The position numbers were made by a program, and so were the translations under genes. A DNA stretch of 64,000 nucleotides from Octopus vulgaris (Eukaryota). The stretch spans positions 15,128,001 through 15,192,000 of the forward strand of contig OX597835.1 of the NCBI GenBank assembly GCA_951406725.2, given 5' to 3'. Positions within the stretch are counted from its first letter, which is position 1. Each line of letters begins with the position of its first letter. Shown here piece after piece: positions 12,273 through 27,289 of this stretch. The notes below the pieces were generated by a model that was not told the origin of the DNA, did no database searches, and saw only the letters and a program-made list of their open reading frames with translations.

Positions 12273-12425
12273 TTCTTTTATTTGTTTCAGTCATTTGACT
12301 GCGGCCATGCTGGAGCACCGCCTTTAGTTGAGCAAATCGACCCCAAGACTTATTCTTTGTAAACCTAGTACTTATTCTATCGGTCTCCTTTGCCGAACCG
12401 CTAATGTTACGGATACGTAAACGCT
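12273..12425 (-). mobile_element. SINE family C 3' fragment
   Basis: TGTTTCAGTCATTTGACTGCGGCCATGCTGGAGCACCGCC tail shared with the full copy at 24946. Confidence 0.85.
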
Positions 12426-12454
12426 CCAATTAAATGCTCCAATTAACCGTCACA

Positions 12455-13380
12455 ACTCTACCTACCGGGGCCCTGGAAATCTGCATATTACAGAAGAATA
12501 TAGTGTTAATTTACCAGGGGTTACAGTATAGTGCGGCTTGTAATCAAAACGATCCATTGGACCATTCTTTTTTGAATGATACTGTGACAGAGCGCATTAA
12601 TTTGAACTTGTTGCGACATTCTGTCATACTAAGCATTCAAGAGGACATTTGGAGGCGCAATGGCCCAGTGGTTAGGGCAGCGGACTCGCGGTTGTAGGAT
12701 CGCGGTTTCGATTCCCAGACCGGGCGTTGTGAGTGTTTATTGAGCGAAAACACCTAAAAAGCTCCACAAGGCTCCGGCAGAGATGGTGGTGATCCCTGCT
12801 GTACTCTTTCACCACAACTTTCTCTCGCTCTTACTTCGTGTTTCTGTTGTACCTGTATTTCAAAGGGCCGGCCTTGTCACTCTCTGTGTCACGCTGAATA
12901 TCCCCGAGAACTACGTTAAGGGTACACGTGTCTGTGGAGTGCTCAGCCACTTACACGTTAATTTCACGAGCAGGCTGTTCCGTTGATTCGGATCAACCGG
13001 AACCCTCGTCGTTTCCTCCTCCCTCAAGAGGACATTTATTTCCAGCAAGATGGTGCACCTCTTAGCAGCCACAGTAATGTAAGGGCCTACCCCGAAGATT
13101 TTTCTCCAAACCAATGGATCAGATGAAGAGATTCGGTAGAATACCTTCCGCCTTCATCGGACATCGCAGCACTAAACACATTTATGAGCATACACGAAAC
13201 ATATAAATTTATTTTACAAAAACTGCAGCCGTCGACGAAATAACAGTAGCCATTGAATCGGAATGCATACAAATACCAAAGGAAAATTTTTCTGATACTT
13301 GCTTGCGATTCCATTGCTTTGTATTATGAGCAGTGTCTGGACCATAACGGTGGTCAGTTTGAAAACAGGCGTTCATAGAA
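12455..13380 (+). pseudogene. Decayed Tc1/mariner-superfamily transposase, split by a SINE
   Basis: Frameshifted motifs NLPG...IGPFF..DTVT, then IYFQQDGAP...VRAY...QWI...PPSSD...CLDHNGGQFEN. Confidence 0.75.
12651..13023 (+). mobile_element. SINE family A tail 1 with 14-bp TSD
   Basis: TSD TCAAGAGGACATTT at 12637-12650 and 13024-13037. Confidence 0.93.
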
Positions 13381-13496
13381 AGATTAGATTCTGTCTGCAG
13401 ATTCTATTGTATTTTTAAAACGAAATGTATTTTAATAAACATAGGGTTTATTGTCATTCAATGTATATATACATTTTTTTAGATACTCTACGTGCG

Positions 13497-13530
<34 letters not shown>

Positions 13531-13537
13531 TATATAC

Positions 13538-13584
<47 letters not shown>

Positions 13585-13616
13585 GGAGGGAGACTGTGAA
13601 AGACATAACATATATA

Positions 13617-13678
<62 letters not shown>

Positions 13679-13998
13679 CATATTTATACATATATATATA
13701 TATATACATATATAAACACACAGATATATATATACATATATAAATATGCATATATACATATATAAACACACATATATATAGATATATAAATATGCATATA
13801 TACATATATAAACATATATATATACAGATATAAATATACATATATACATATATAAACACATATATATATACATATATAAATATGCATATATACATATATA
13901 AACATATATGTATACATATATAAATATGCATATATACATATATAAACATATATATATATACATATATAAATATACATATATATACATAGAGTACAGCG

Positions 13999-14156
13999 AT
14001 CCCTGCTGTACTCTTTCGCCACAACTTTCATTCTTTTTTCCGTTGGCCTGCTCGCTTAGCCAGCGGGGTGGCGTCATTTGAAGGCTAAAACAATGCGAAG
14101 CGCATTGTGACCAGCGATGTGTAACAACAGCTGATAGCCCGATCGGTCACGGTGAC
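13999..14156 (+). mobile_element. SINE family A tail 3, 5'-truncated
   Basis: Matches the reverse complement of 5840-6008. Confidence 0.85.
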
Positions 14157-14170
14157 ATATATACATACAT

Positions 14171-14223
<53 letters not shown>

Positions 14224-14301
14224 TATATATATATATATTTATATATATATGCATATATATATATATATATGTATGTATATATATATATATGTGTGTGTGT
14301 A

Positions 14302-14378
<77 letters not shown>

Positions 14379-14409
14379 GTGTGTGTGTATATATATATAT
14401 GTGTGTGTG

Positions 14410-14454
<45 letters not shown>

Positions 14455-15207
14455 TTATATATGCATGTATGCGATCACATGAAATTAGTTGTAAGTACGC
14501 GATATAAGCATATTGAAGAACGAAAAAAAAAATGTTCTTCCTACAGTGAAACACTGCTCTGCTACGAATATTCGCATCACTTTCCCTATATAAATATACA
14601 AAGAAAAATACATCTGAAAAGTGTGGAAATTCTCTTGTATTTGGTTTGTAAAACCATGAAGCTAGAGGAGAAAGAAGCTCTGAAATAGTAATTGCTGTTT
14701 GTTGCCAGTTAGTCGAGCAACACAAATAGTACTACGGCAGCTATATCGATGCGAATATGTTCTTAGAATTATTAATACAACTTTATATAATCATCAATAT
14801 ATCTCCATTTGCTTTTACGATTTCTGTCCTAATCCGCTTGACTCTATTTTCCTCGCTTAAAAAATACATATTAAGAATATTAAGAATAATAAGAAATTTC
14901 ATATTCTAGCACTAAAATACGCGCTCAAGCCTTTCCCTTACTCGTCTTCTTCTATGAATCTCTTCACTCCTATTTCTTTCACACTTTACTTCCGCATCGA
15001 CATATACACATTTACAGAGACCTAAGTAAACGTGTAGTCCTAAATACACAGATCTAGTAAAATCTATAGTCGTACATATACACACACGTATACAAAGGTC
15101 TTGTCTATAGTTCTATGTATATATTATATATATATATATATAAATATATACGTTCGCTATTTCCAGTAAATATCGGTACTTAGTTGTGCCATTTATTTAC
15201 TAATTTG

Positions 15208-15268
<61 letters not shown>

Positions 15269-15269
15269 T

Positions 15270-15757
<488 letters not shown>

Positions 15758-15826
15758 AAAAGACTTATTAAGGTGAAATTATAAATACAATTATAGTTAA
15801 GGGCAAAAAGAGAAATCATTTTTCTT

Positions 15827-16228
15827 TGCCTATATGCTGAAAAGATACGCTAATCGTCGAACCACGTTAAATATGTTCACAATCATTATGAAACAGGTGT
15901 CGTTAAATATGTTCACAATCATTACGAAACAGGTGAGGAAGCAAGCTAACAGAAATTCATAAAATTGAGTTACTTCTGGATCGGCCCAATTTCTGGGTTA
16001 ACCTAAAAGGATTATTCTTCATCACCAGAGAACACAAGGAACATCTGGTGTTCTCTGTTGATGAGGAAAAATCCTTTGAGGCCAATCCAGAAGTTGGTCT
16101 GATCCAGAAGTAACTCAATTGTATGAATCTCTTTTAGCTTGCTTCCTCGTTTCGACACGTCTTTCATAATGATAGTGAAGATATTTAACGTCGTTCGACG
16201 ATAGAACGTCTCTTTCCAGCATATATGC
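15827..16228. repeat. Long imperfect fold-back element, ~190-bp arms
   Basis: Arms pair from ATATGCTG...CAGAGAACAC to GTGTTCTCTG...CAGCATAT around a ~12-nt loop. The left arm has a ~36-bp tandem duplication. Confidence 0.85.
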
Positions 16229-16260
16229 CCTTATTGATAATTCTCTATATATATATGTGT

Positions 16261-16324
<64 letters not shown>

Positions 16325-16672
16325 ATACGAGGGGTGTATGAAAAGTCTTGAGCCTCAAAAAAACAAAACATAATACAAGACTTCTGATGAAGGTACAAGA
16401 TTTCAAGGCTCAAAGCTTTTCATACTTTTCAGGTTTTACAATATCTGTGTATACGTGTATATATATATGTATATATATATATATATATGGTGTTTCTAAT
16501 CTATGTAGCAGCATCGCTAAATTTCACATCTATCTGTCTCTATACATATATACATACACATATGCACAGACCTACTAAAGTCTTCAGTGCTACATTATAT
16601 ACACACGTATATACACTGTCTTATATATATATATATATATATAGCTATACACAAATCTAATATAACCTATAG

Positions 16673-16761
<89 letters not shown>

Positions 16762-17142
16762 CGTATACACAGATATAGTAAAACCTTTAGTCTTATAGTC
16801 GTACATACACACACACGCATACAAACGCACACACACATGCTCACACATATACGCAGATATAGTGAAGCCGGCAGTTCTACATATACGCACACGTATCTAC
16901 ACTCAGACGTGTATAGTCTTCTAATAGAAAGATCTGTTGAAATTCATCTCTCACGAGATATCGTTGCATAAAAACAATATTTCCATAAATAAACGGTTTA
17001 GTGTTGTGTTTTATTGCAGTACCCAGACTGGCAGGTGCAATACCGGTGCATACGTTGTTTCTCAGGCTCTTACAGTTAATTAGTAACAATGATAATACTC
17101 GTTTTATCCTGCCTTAACTAATAATGTGGTTTTGAAAAAAAG

Positions 17143-17375
17143 TGGCGAGACGGCAGAATGGTTAGCACGCCGGGCGAAGTGTTTAGCGGTATTTCGTTTG
17201 TTTTTTATGTTCTGAGCTCAAATTCCGCCGAGGTCGACTTTGCATTTAATCCTTTCGGGGTCGATTAAATAAGTACCAGTTACGCACTGGGGTCGACGTA
17301 ATCGGCTTAATCCGTTTGTCTGTCCTTGTTTGTCCCCTCTGTGTTTAGCCCCTTGTGGGTAGTAAAGAAATAGGT
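17143..17375 (+). mobile_element. SINE family B
   Basis: GGCGAG..GGCAGAA..GTTAGCACGCCGGGCG head and GGTCGACTTTGC...CCTTTCGGGGTCGA core (resembles the Meta/MESC-type SINE domain; inference). Confidence 0.85.
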
Positions 17376-17602
17376 ATTAATGATAATCCTTTCTACTATA
17401 GGCAAAATGCCTGAAAGTTTGGGGAGAGGGAACTAATACCCTGGGCATGGGTACGCAAGCATACTATGCTTATAGGGTACAGGTAACAACAGATTAAACA
17501 AAAGATTATCAGGAATCAAATTTAAATAAGCAGAAAATGGAGAACTTTTGATCAACATCGGTAGATTATTTTTTATACAAAACATGAACTATATCTATGT
17601 AT

Positions 17603-17672
<70 letters not shown>

Positions 17673-17679
17673 TATATAA

Positions 17680-17982
17680 TCCTTGTGAGTGGATTTGGTA
17701 GACGGAAACTGAAAGAAGCCCGTCGTATATATGTATATATATGTATATATGCGTGTGTGTTTGTGTGTGTCGGTGTTTGTCCCCCTAGCATTGCTTGATA
17801 ACCGATGCTGGTGTGTTTATGTCCCCGTTACTTAGCGGTTCGGCAAAAGAGACCGATAGAATAAGTACTGGCCTTTCAAAGGAATAAGTCCCGGTGTCGA
17901 GTTGCTCGCTTAAAGGCGGTGCTCCAACATGGCCGCAGTCAAATGACTGAAACTAGTAAAAGAATAAAAGAAAAGTAAAAGA
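17680..17982 (+). mobile_element. SINE family C, 5'-truncated
   Basis: CCTTGTGAGTGGATTTGGTAGACGGAAACTG through the (TAAAAGAA) tail. Confidence 0.85.
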
Positions 17983-18077
17983 ATATGTAATACATATATA
18001 TATGATACGTATATATTATATACATATATATATAATGCATATACATATTTTATACACATACATTTATGCATGTACTG

Positions 18078-18109
<32 letters not shown>

Positions 18110-18370
18110 TGTATGTATGTATGTATGTATGTATGTATGTATGTATGTATGTATGTATGTATGTATGTATGTATGTATGCATGTATGCTTATATTCTCGC
18201 AATGTTTTGGCAGCATGTATACTCTAAGACCGAAGCGATGCATCATGGAATATGGAATATTCGCTTGATTTCAGCGTGAAGAAATGCACACTTGTTCAAA
18301 AACAAGATTTCCGCATCGTGGCTCCAGTCAGGAAGCCAAAATGTGTACAAGAACAAATATACATACATAC

Positions 18371-18416
<46 letters not shown>

Positions 18417-19371
18417 AAAGAAAAAAAAAAGGAAAAAAAAGAACTTTTGTATACAGATCTATGTTTTTGGCAGTCTATTGCGAACGTTAGATATTATATT
18501 TTTGTCTGTTTGTATTTTTGTTCTTGTTCTTTCTTTAGTCCTCCCATATTTTCTTACCATTTTAAGCATTTCTTTTGCTGATTATTTCAAAGAATTTCCA
18601 TTTGGATTTTCAGTGTCAACACCATCAAAGTAATGTCAAGTTCCAATAGATTTGATGCATGAAATTTAACGATAAATAATAATTAAATTGCACCTATGTG
18701 TTTAAAGTATATATCAAAATTTTAAAAAAAATCTCAATAAATGCATATAAAGCACAAAATATTCAATATATTTAAATTTTAATGTGATACGAATATTGAT
18801 TATTTCTTGAATTCCATCTTTTCATATAAGTTTCTTCACTTATCTTTTTGTTTTGTTATTGTGTTGTTTTTTTTTTTTTTCTTTCTGCGGTTGATACCAA
18901 AAGCTTGTAAGATTGTGACTCCCTCGTACAAGAAAGTCCTTCATATTAGAATAATGTTTTGCTTTGTTTTCTGAGTTTTTTTTAGTTTTTTTTTTTTTTT
19001 TTCAATATTTATGAAATCCATATTTCAGCTGATTAGTTATTTACCGAGATTAACCTTGTTTACTAATATATTAAGATTAATTTCGTTGCTATTCTTTTAC
19101 AGAAATAAAACCAATCAATTACCTTGTCTGACCTCAGAAACCTTGTTTCTTTAAGGTTAAAATCAATAAAACGGTCTTTTCCACCCAACACCCCACTTTA
19201 CACATGAAACGCAATTCTAGCATTGTTCAGCATTACCAAACACATTGTCCTCTCGCCTATCAAGGAAACACGTTTTATAACGCCGTATCCGTCCCGATTC
19301 ATTTCTGATCAGTTATTACGATGACCAGGCACTTTTAAAATACGTTTTCTCTGAAAAAAAAAAACAAAATG

Positions 19372-19730
19372 GGCGCAGCGTGGCTATTGGCGTAGCGTGG
19401 CTATTGGCGCAGCGTGGCTATTGGCGCAGCGTGGCTATTGGCGCAGCGTGGCTATTGGCGCAGCGTGACTATTGGCGCAGCGTGGCTATTGGCGCAGCGT
19501 GGCTATTGGCGCAGGCATGGCTATTGGCGCAGCGTGGCTATTGGCGCAGCGTGGCTATTGGCGCAGCGTGACTATTGGCGCAGCGTGGCTATTGGCGCAG
19601 CGTGGCTATTGGCGCAGGCAGGGCTATTGGCGCAGCGTGGCTATTGGCGCAGCGTGGCTATTGGCGCAGCGTGGCTATTGGCGCAGCGTGGCTATTGGCG
19701 CAGCGTGGCTATTGGCGTAGGCATGGCTAT
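19372..19730 (+). repeat. 17-bp minisatellite (GGCGCAGCGTGGCTATT) x~21, continuous with a SINE family C head that runs to ~19875
   Basis: The last unit GGCGTAGGCATGGCTAT continues into GGGGTAAG...GTTCCGGGTTCAGTCCCACT. Confidence 0.92.
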
Positions 19731-19911
19731 GGGGTAAGATGTTTCTTTCTCAACTACATAGTTCCGGGTTCAGTCCCACTACGTGGCGTCTTGAGCAAGT
19801 ACCATCTATTCTGACACCGGATCGACCAATTCCTTGCGAGTGAATTTGATAGACGGAAAACTGAAAGAACCTTGTCATGTATACAACATATATACATACA
19901 TATATATATAC

Positions 19912-20104
<193 letters not shown>

Positions 20105-20809
20105 TTACATACATATATACTCCTCTTACATAAAACTTAATGAATACGTGTACAGACATACATAGAGGTATACATCTATGCATACATAGAGGTATACATA
20201 CCGCTATACATGCATACATACATACATACATTCATACATACATATATATATACATACATATATACATACATACATACATGCATACACACATACATACATA
20301 CATATATACATACATACATACACACACACATATATACATACATACATACACACACACATACATACACACACACATACATACATACATACATTCATACATA
20401 CATACATATATATATACATACATATATACATACATACATACATACATACACACACACATACATACATACACACACATACATACATACATACATACATACA
20501 TACATACATACATACATACATACATACATACACACACTCAAAGTTGACACAAGGTCAAACTGTTTTTCCCCCGCAACGTAGTCTCCAGTGGAACAAATGA
20601 TGAATTCTAATTTAAAATATTAATTAAAATGAATAATTAAGGGGAAAAAATATGATAGCTGTTCATAATTCTCAGGTAGTGGTGAGATGAAGCTAAGTAT
20701 CTCTGAGATAATTATAGGTAGATATTGTCATCGGAGAATACGGGTCTCTCATCTCGATTGATCGCATTGTCGAAGAGGAGAGCAATAACAAAAGAGCAAT
20801 TATTTCGTT

Positions 20810-21785
20810 GTGAAAAGAGGGAGAGGGAGGAGCGAGGAGGGGGAAGAGAGGAGAGAGAATGGAGAGAGAAAGGGAGGTGGAAAGAGAGGAGGAAACAAAG
20901 AGGAGGAAAGAGTGAATCAAAGAGAGAGACAGACAGGCAGACAGAAAGATAGGAAGAGAGGAAGAAGGGAAAGAGAAAGGGAAGTGGAAAGAGAGGAGAA
21001 AACAAAAGAGAAGGAAAGAGTGAATCAAAGAGAAAGACAAACAGGCAGGTAGAGAGAAAGAGAGAGAGAGAGAGACAAGCAGACAGAAAGAAAGAGAGGA
21101 AGAGGGAGAAGCAAAGTGAGAGATAGTAAGGGCAGGAAAGAGAGCTAGAAAGGGAGAAATAGAGCGAGACGGAGAGAGAGAGAGATAGAGAGAAAACAGA
21201 GAGAGAAAGAAAGAGTTGATAGAGAAAGAGAAATGAAGAGAAAATGAGAGAAAGAAAGAAATAGAGAGAGAGAGGGGGGAAGGGAAGAGGGAAAGAGAGA
21301 GGAGTCAGAAAGAGAAAAAGTGAGAAAGAGAGACAGATAAAAAGAAAAAGGATAGAGAGAAAGAGAGAGAGTGAAAGAGATAAAGGGAAAGAAATAAAGA
21401 CAAAGTGAGAGAGAGAGACAGACGGACAGACAGACAGACAGACAGATAGGCAAACAGGGACAGCGAAAGTGATATAGAGTGAAAGAGAAGGAAAAGGAAA
21501 GAGAGAGAGAGAGAGAGACAGGGACAGCGAAAAAGATATACAGTGAAAGAGAGGGGAAAGAGAAACAGAGAGATACAGACAGACAGACAGAGACAGCGAA
21601 AGAGATATAGAGTGAAAGAAAGTGAAAAAGAAACAGAGAGAGAGAGAGAGAGGGAGGGACAGCGAAAGAGATATAGAGGGAAAGAAAGTGAAAAAGAAAC
21701 AGAGAGAGAGAGAGGGGGGGACAGCGAAAGAAATATAGAGTGAAAGAGAGGGAAAAGAGAAACAGAGAGAGAGAGAGAGAGATCC
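20810..21785. repeat. GA-rich low-complexity tract with degenerate ~60-90-bp repeats
   Basis: Recurrent GACAGCGAAAAGAGATATAGAGTGAAAGA and GAAAGAGTGAATCAAAGAG. Confidence 0.85.
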
Positions 21786-22091
21786 ACCGAGAAAATCGAT
21801 ATGATTCTCGTCTCCTTAGTAATTACAAAATCATTATTGAAACCAAAAGCTAAATGGAAAAATAAACAATTTTATATTAGTAATTAACTTAAAACTGTTG
21901 ATGAAGATAATTACTTATTGTATAAAAATGCACATAAATTAGTAAAAGGTGACTTAGTTTCTATTAGTATAAGGGCAAGGGATGGGAGACGGCTGGGGAA
22001 CGGACGGGAGTTTCGGGTATTAAGTTCATACCAGTAAGAAACAATTGAACCGTTCCACTGCATGTATTAATACTCATGGTTGATAAAGCAT

Positions 22092-22443
22092 TAAACAAGA
22101 GCAATCAGAGAGCGCAAATTTCCCCCAAGGCAACATCAACGTCTTCTCAACGATTAGCCAGAGATGCTTTTTTAAAATGAGAATATCTGAAAGAAACTCG
22201 ACTGCGCTCACAAACGAGAATACTAAAACTGAATCCGACCGCTCTAAAAAATTAAGTAAAAAAAAAATCCGGGAAAATTATCTAGAATCCTTTGTCCGGT
22301 ACCGAATCGATCCCAGGAAGCCAAACATTCCTGAAAGTTTCATCCGAATCCATCCGGCGGTTCTTGAGATATTTTGTCCACAGACAAACAAACAAATACG
22401 ACTGAAAACAATACCTCCGTTCTAGCGAAGGCGGAGGTAATAA
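22092..22443 (+). mobile_element. Non-autonomous Helentron-associated (DINE/HINE-like) element
   Basis: Starts TAAACAAGAGC, has AAAGTTTCAT...GGTTCTTGAGATAT, an (ACAA)n tract and a 3' hairpin ACCTCCG...CGGAGGT followed by AATAAT. Confidence 0.65.
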
Positions 22444-22854
22444 TGCGAAGTAGTGAAATTAAACAGTGTGTTCTTATGGCTCTTCATTTCTGAATTTATA
22501 AGTCTCAACGAGATGGATTAACTATATTGTTTCCCCAGCATGATGTATGAAATAAGTACCTGAAATCATATACTGGGTTACAATATAATACACTAGGCCG
22601 AATTCATACGCACCATTCTTCACCGATTGGGCAACAGAGGATGTGGATGCACATACGTTATGTTCGATTGCGAATTTCTTATATCTTAGTCTTGTTATTC
22701 TAATTTGTCCTGCGTTCTTGTGAAGTGGAAAGTGTTTACAGGGTCATAGTTTGTTATGAGCGCTCACTTTGGCATTGTTTGGTTTTCTTCATTGGTAACA
22801 TAACTAGGCTTTGACAATGTTTAAATATTGGTGCCTAGTTTGAGGAGGTTCTAT

Positions 22855-22891
<37 letters not shown>

Positions 22892-23081
22892 TACATTTAA
22901 ACACATAGGGAATCCACTCGTGGAATTCAACACGCTAGAAAGAACAGCTAGGTTCCATAACCACAAAAATTAGGGAAAAAATTTGACAGGAACGAAATGA
23001 AAATATAAAAATATTTTACCATCAAGTTTCCTGGACCAATTGGTTTCTGATTTAGTTTAGCAAGCAAATAAATAATATGAG

Positions 23082-23169
<88 letters not shown>

Positions 23170-24177
23170 CGTGTGTGTGTGTGTGTAAAAGAGAAAGAGA
23201 AAACGTGTGCGTGTGTGTATGTGCATGAGAGAGTGTGCGTGCGTGTGTGAGAAAGTGACAGAAAGAGAAAGTGTGTGTCGGGGGGGGGTCTGTTTGAAAG
23301 CGGCGATCTGGCAGAATCGTTAGCACGTTGCACAAAACGCTTAACGACATTTCTTCCGGCTTGACATTCCGAGTTCAAATTCCACCGAGGTCAACTTTGC
23401 CTAACATCCTTTCGAGGTCGATAAAAGAAATTATCAGTTGTGCACGAACGCCGACGATGACCGTTCGCCCCAAAATTCTGGCTTTCTGCGTCAAGTAGAA
23501 ATCGTTCATTGTATGTGTCTGGGAAAGAGAGAGAGAGGTTCTGTGTGATGGGGGTCTATTTTTTTGTAAGGTTTGCTCTGAAGGAAAGAGCTGCGCACCA
23601 AGCGTTCAGCTGGCCGTTTGAGACCTCTGGCATTGACGGGGTTTAACGGTTGATGCTTTTCAACACTATGTCAACAGCTACAGATAAAAAATATAGTTTA
23701 GCGGGAGGGGGATTCCAGATAGCCGACATTTTGGGAAAATTGTGACCAGGGTTTAGTATTTGGTTAGTGGGCACTTAAGGGTCAATATGTGGTGGTGATG
23801 GTAGGTGCAAAAACTGCAAACAGAATATGGGTGACGGGAAGAGGAGAGGGCAGTGAGGTTTGCTGGGCATGGGTGGAGATGACATGAGATCATCCAGTTC
23901 TGAGAAACATAAGGAAACTGTAATCGCGATAGAAACAAGGAAAGAAGAAGACAGCACATATGGGGAATAGGAGGAGGAGGAGCGAGAGGGTGGATGGGGA
24001 TGATGGCGGTGGTGGTGGTGGTGGAGACATGGATATGTCATACGCAATTACGTTCGGCTGAAGTTCCGCTTCGAGAAAGTTCTATACCATAATCAGAAAT
24101 ATATATTGTGAATACATTGATTTAGAATTTGTAATTATTCCTCTGGTCTGGCATCGGAAATTCAGAATAGAGAAAAT

Positions 24178-24229
<52 letters not shown>

Positions 24230-24361
24230 GGGTATTCAATGCCAGAGTGTATACATAGCGTTATTATTACAAGATTCAATCCCGAACATATGGAGTTATA
24301 CATTTACATACATTAAATACATACATACATATGTAAATGTATGTATGTGCAATTATATCTA

Positions 24362-24416
<55 letters not shown>

Positions 24417-24945
24417 GTATGTATGCATGTATGTATGCATTGTATGTATGTGCGTATGAGAGTGTGTGAATGTATATATGATATGCACACACGTAGACAT
24501 ATATATATATACATACACACATACGCACGTATCTGTGTGTGTTTACACTATCATAAATTACATAAGTTATATTATATAGGTAATAAATGAGTTTCGACAT
24601 GAAATGTTCGTGAATGGAAGCCGTGTGTCTATTTATCTGTCTGTCTTTGATATACGATCTAACTATGGCAATGACCGATTGAACTATGAAAGGGTAACCA
24701 GAATTGATTTTCATGTGTGAGGAACATTTAAATATTCCATAACTAAAATATAGTACATCTGGTTGGTTTAGTAAGTCCCGCGAGGTAACTATAACCTTTA
24801 TTTATTGGCCTTTATACTAAACTAAAATCTACAAGTTTAAGTTCGGTTCGGTTGGAATTCAAAGTTTTCGTTGAAAACTTGTGTCTGCTAACTACGACAA
24901 GGAATTAATTATTAACGAGAAAAATTTTGTTGGCAAAATTTTATA

Positions 24946-25345
24946 GACGCAGGAGTGGCTGTGTGGTAAGTAGCTTGCTAACCAACCACATGGTTCCGGG
25001 TACAGTCCCACTGCGTGGCACCTTGGGCAAGTGTCTTCTGCTATAGCCCCGGGCCGACCAATGCCTTGTGAGTGGATTTTGTAGACGGAAACTGAAAGAA
25101 GCCTGTCATATATATGTATATATATATATGTATGTGTGTGTCTGTGTTTGTCCCCCTAGCATTGCTTGACAACCGATGCTGGTGTGTTTACGTCCCCGTT
25201 ACTTAGCGGTTCGGCAAAAGAGACCGATAGAATAAGTACTGGGCTTACAAAGAATAAGTCCCGGGGTCGATTTGCTTGACTAAAGGCGGTGCTACAGCAT
25301 GGCCGCAGTCAAATGACTGAAACAAGTAAAAGAGTTAAAAGAGAG
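24946..25345 (+). mobile_element. Full-length SINE family C (tRNA head + CORE-like domain)
   Basis: GCAGGAGTGGCTGTGTGGTAAG head, GGCACCTTGGGCAAGTGTCTT core resembling the MIR/CORE motif, tail AAACAAGTAAAAGAG. Confidence 0.9.
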
Positions 25346-25469
25346 TTAATGAAATACAGTAAGGAGACTGTGTTAGCAAGAAAAGCATTTGTACGAGTGA
25401 CTGCTCCACTGGGGCGTGCCTCTAGTGAAGTGAAGGATGGCTATCGTTTGACGACGAAGATTCAATTGT

Positions 25470-25937
25470 TTCTCATCTCGTCTCATTTTCTTCGCCCACT
25501 TAGTCCAGGGAGGGTCATGGAAGGAGAATCCCCAAGTATGCCTTCGATCGTGTCGTGTCAGAAGCAATCGTCTCCTCAAATGAGACCGACTGACCTCACG
25601 GACAGGGCCGGCCCTAGGGTTGATGGCGCCCTGGGCAACGCTGAACTTTGGCGTGTACAACCTGATGGTCATGGAAATTTCCTTGTCTTTGTCACGCCTT
25701 CTTTGCGCCCACCCCACCCTAGCACATGGTGCCCCGGACGACTGCCCCAGTTGTCGGTACCTTGAGCCGCCCCTTGTTCGTGGTCTACCCTTAGCTCTTT
25801 TACCGGCTGGTTTTGCCCGTAAAACCTGTCCAGCGATTCCTTCTCCGAGATATTTTAATCACATACCTGTAGTATCGGAACAGTGATCTCTTCGACGAAG
25901 AAGCGGCTCTGCTTTTGATCTTCGTCTGAAGTATTCT
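25470..25937 (-). mobile_element. RTE-like LINE 3' fragment interrupted by a MITE
   Basis: Minus strand encodes QVLRAKPAGKRAKGRPRTR, typical of RTE C-termini; the frame resumes beyond the insertion. Confidence 0.6.
25603..25775. mobile_element. GC-rich MITE with CAGGGCCGGC-type TIRs
   Basis: CAGGGCCGGCCCTAGG ... CCTTGAGCCGCCCCT imperfect terminal inverted repeats. Confidence 0.6.
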
Positions 25938-27056
25938 CACTGTATAATTCTAACATTATAAATCAATACGCTTTCACGCACACACATGCGTTCGCACGCA
26001 TACATGATGTAAACACATACATACATACATACATACATACATACATACATACATACATACATACATACATACATACATACATACATACATACATTCATTA
26101 TGGCTGCCCCCTCGTTATCGAGTATGGCCATTGCACGAAACTTAACTGTTACTGGTGCTGTGATCAAATGTGACTTTTTAGCCCAGCTAAAGATCTACAA
26201 TGTCTTGTACAAAATTGGCAACTAAAACCTTTACTGGTAATAGCCGGCTGTAGTTGTAACTGGGCTTCATGTACCTTTGCATGTCGTTTAAGTCCTCCAA
26301 CATACATGGTAGATTGTGGACGAATATGACCATCACTGACAAATTACCTTATCCTAGATATTTAAAGACAATGGCTGTAGTCAGCAATTGCTGAGCTGAA
26401 ATTCCAAGTCAATGGCACTGATTGCACAGCACCACAAATACTTACTCTCACCAACAAAGCTAAGTTGTCCAGAAACAAGCAAAATCCACTCGCAGGGCTT
26501 TTGTCGGCCCGAGGTTACAGTAGAAGTGCTATACAGAGGGACCGAACCCAAAACCATGCCGTTGGGAAGCAAATTTCTTACGACAGCAGCCACGCCTTTA
26601 AATCACTTCAAGGTTTAAAAACACATTTATCAATGTCTTCTAATGAGAAAATACATTTTCTCATTAGCAGAAAAGCTTTTTTTTTGGAGTCTTTTTTCAA
26701 CATATTTTCAACAAATGTGATTGCATTATATACTTGAGAACAGAAACTGTAGACGCCTACACAGTCTAATTACTTCATATTAGCTACATTCCTTTTTTTA
26801 CTATAACCATGGTTTGGCTTCGTCAACGTCGATTCGTAAGGGAATGCTATCCATGTTGACTGTAGGCTCATTGCTGGAATAGGTAGGCCAAGTTACAGCG
26901 GGAGCAGGAAGAATTCTATGCTGCTGTATAACGAACAATTCTTCTTCAATTGCTTTTTGTTCTCAAGGTCAGTCTTGCGTGAATTCTCGAATGAATAAAC
27001 TGGACTGGACTAGTAAATGGTATATCGTCCACTGGACTAGTAAATGGTATATCGTC

Positions 27057-27289
27057 AAAGGCGGCGAGCTGGCAGAAACGTTAGCACGCCGGGCGAAATG
27101 CTTAGCGGTATTTCGTCTGTGTTACGTTGTGAGTTCAAATTCCGCCGAGGTCGACTTTGCCTTTCATCCTTTCGGGGTCGATAAATTAAGTACCAGTTAC
27201 GCACTGGGGTCGATGTAATCGACTTAATACCTATGACTGTCCTTGCTTGTCCCCTCTGTGTTTAGCCCCTTGTCGGTAATAAAGAAATA
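27057..27289 (+). mobile_element. SINE family B with 11-bp TSD
   Basis: TSD GGTATATCGTC at 27046-27056 and 27290-27300. Confidence 0.9.

Noticed and set aside
19380-19814. Repeat-protein ORFs (AQRGYWRSVAIGAAWLL)
   Set aside because: Arise from a 17-bp unit that is not a multiple of three; all frames give the same peptide.
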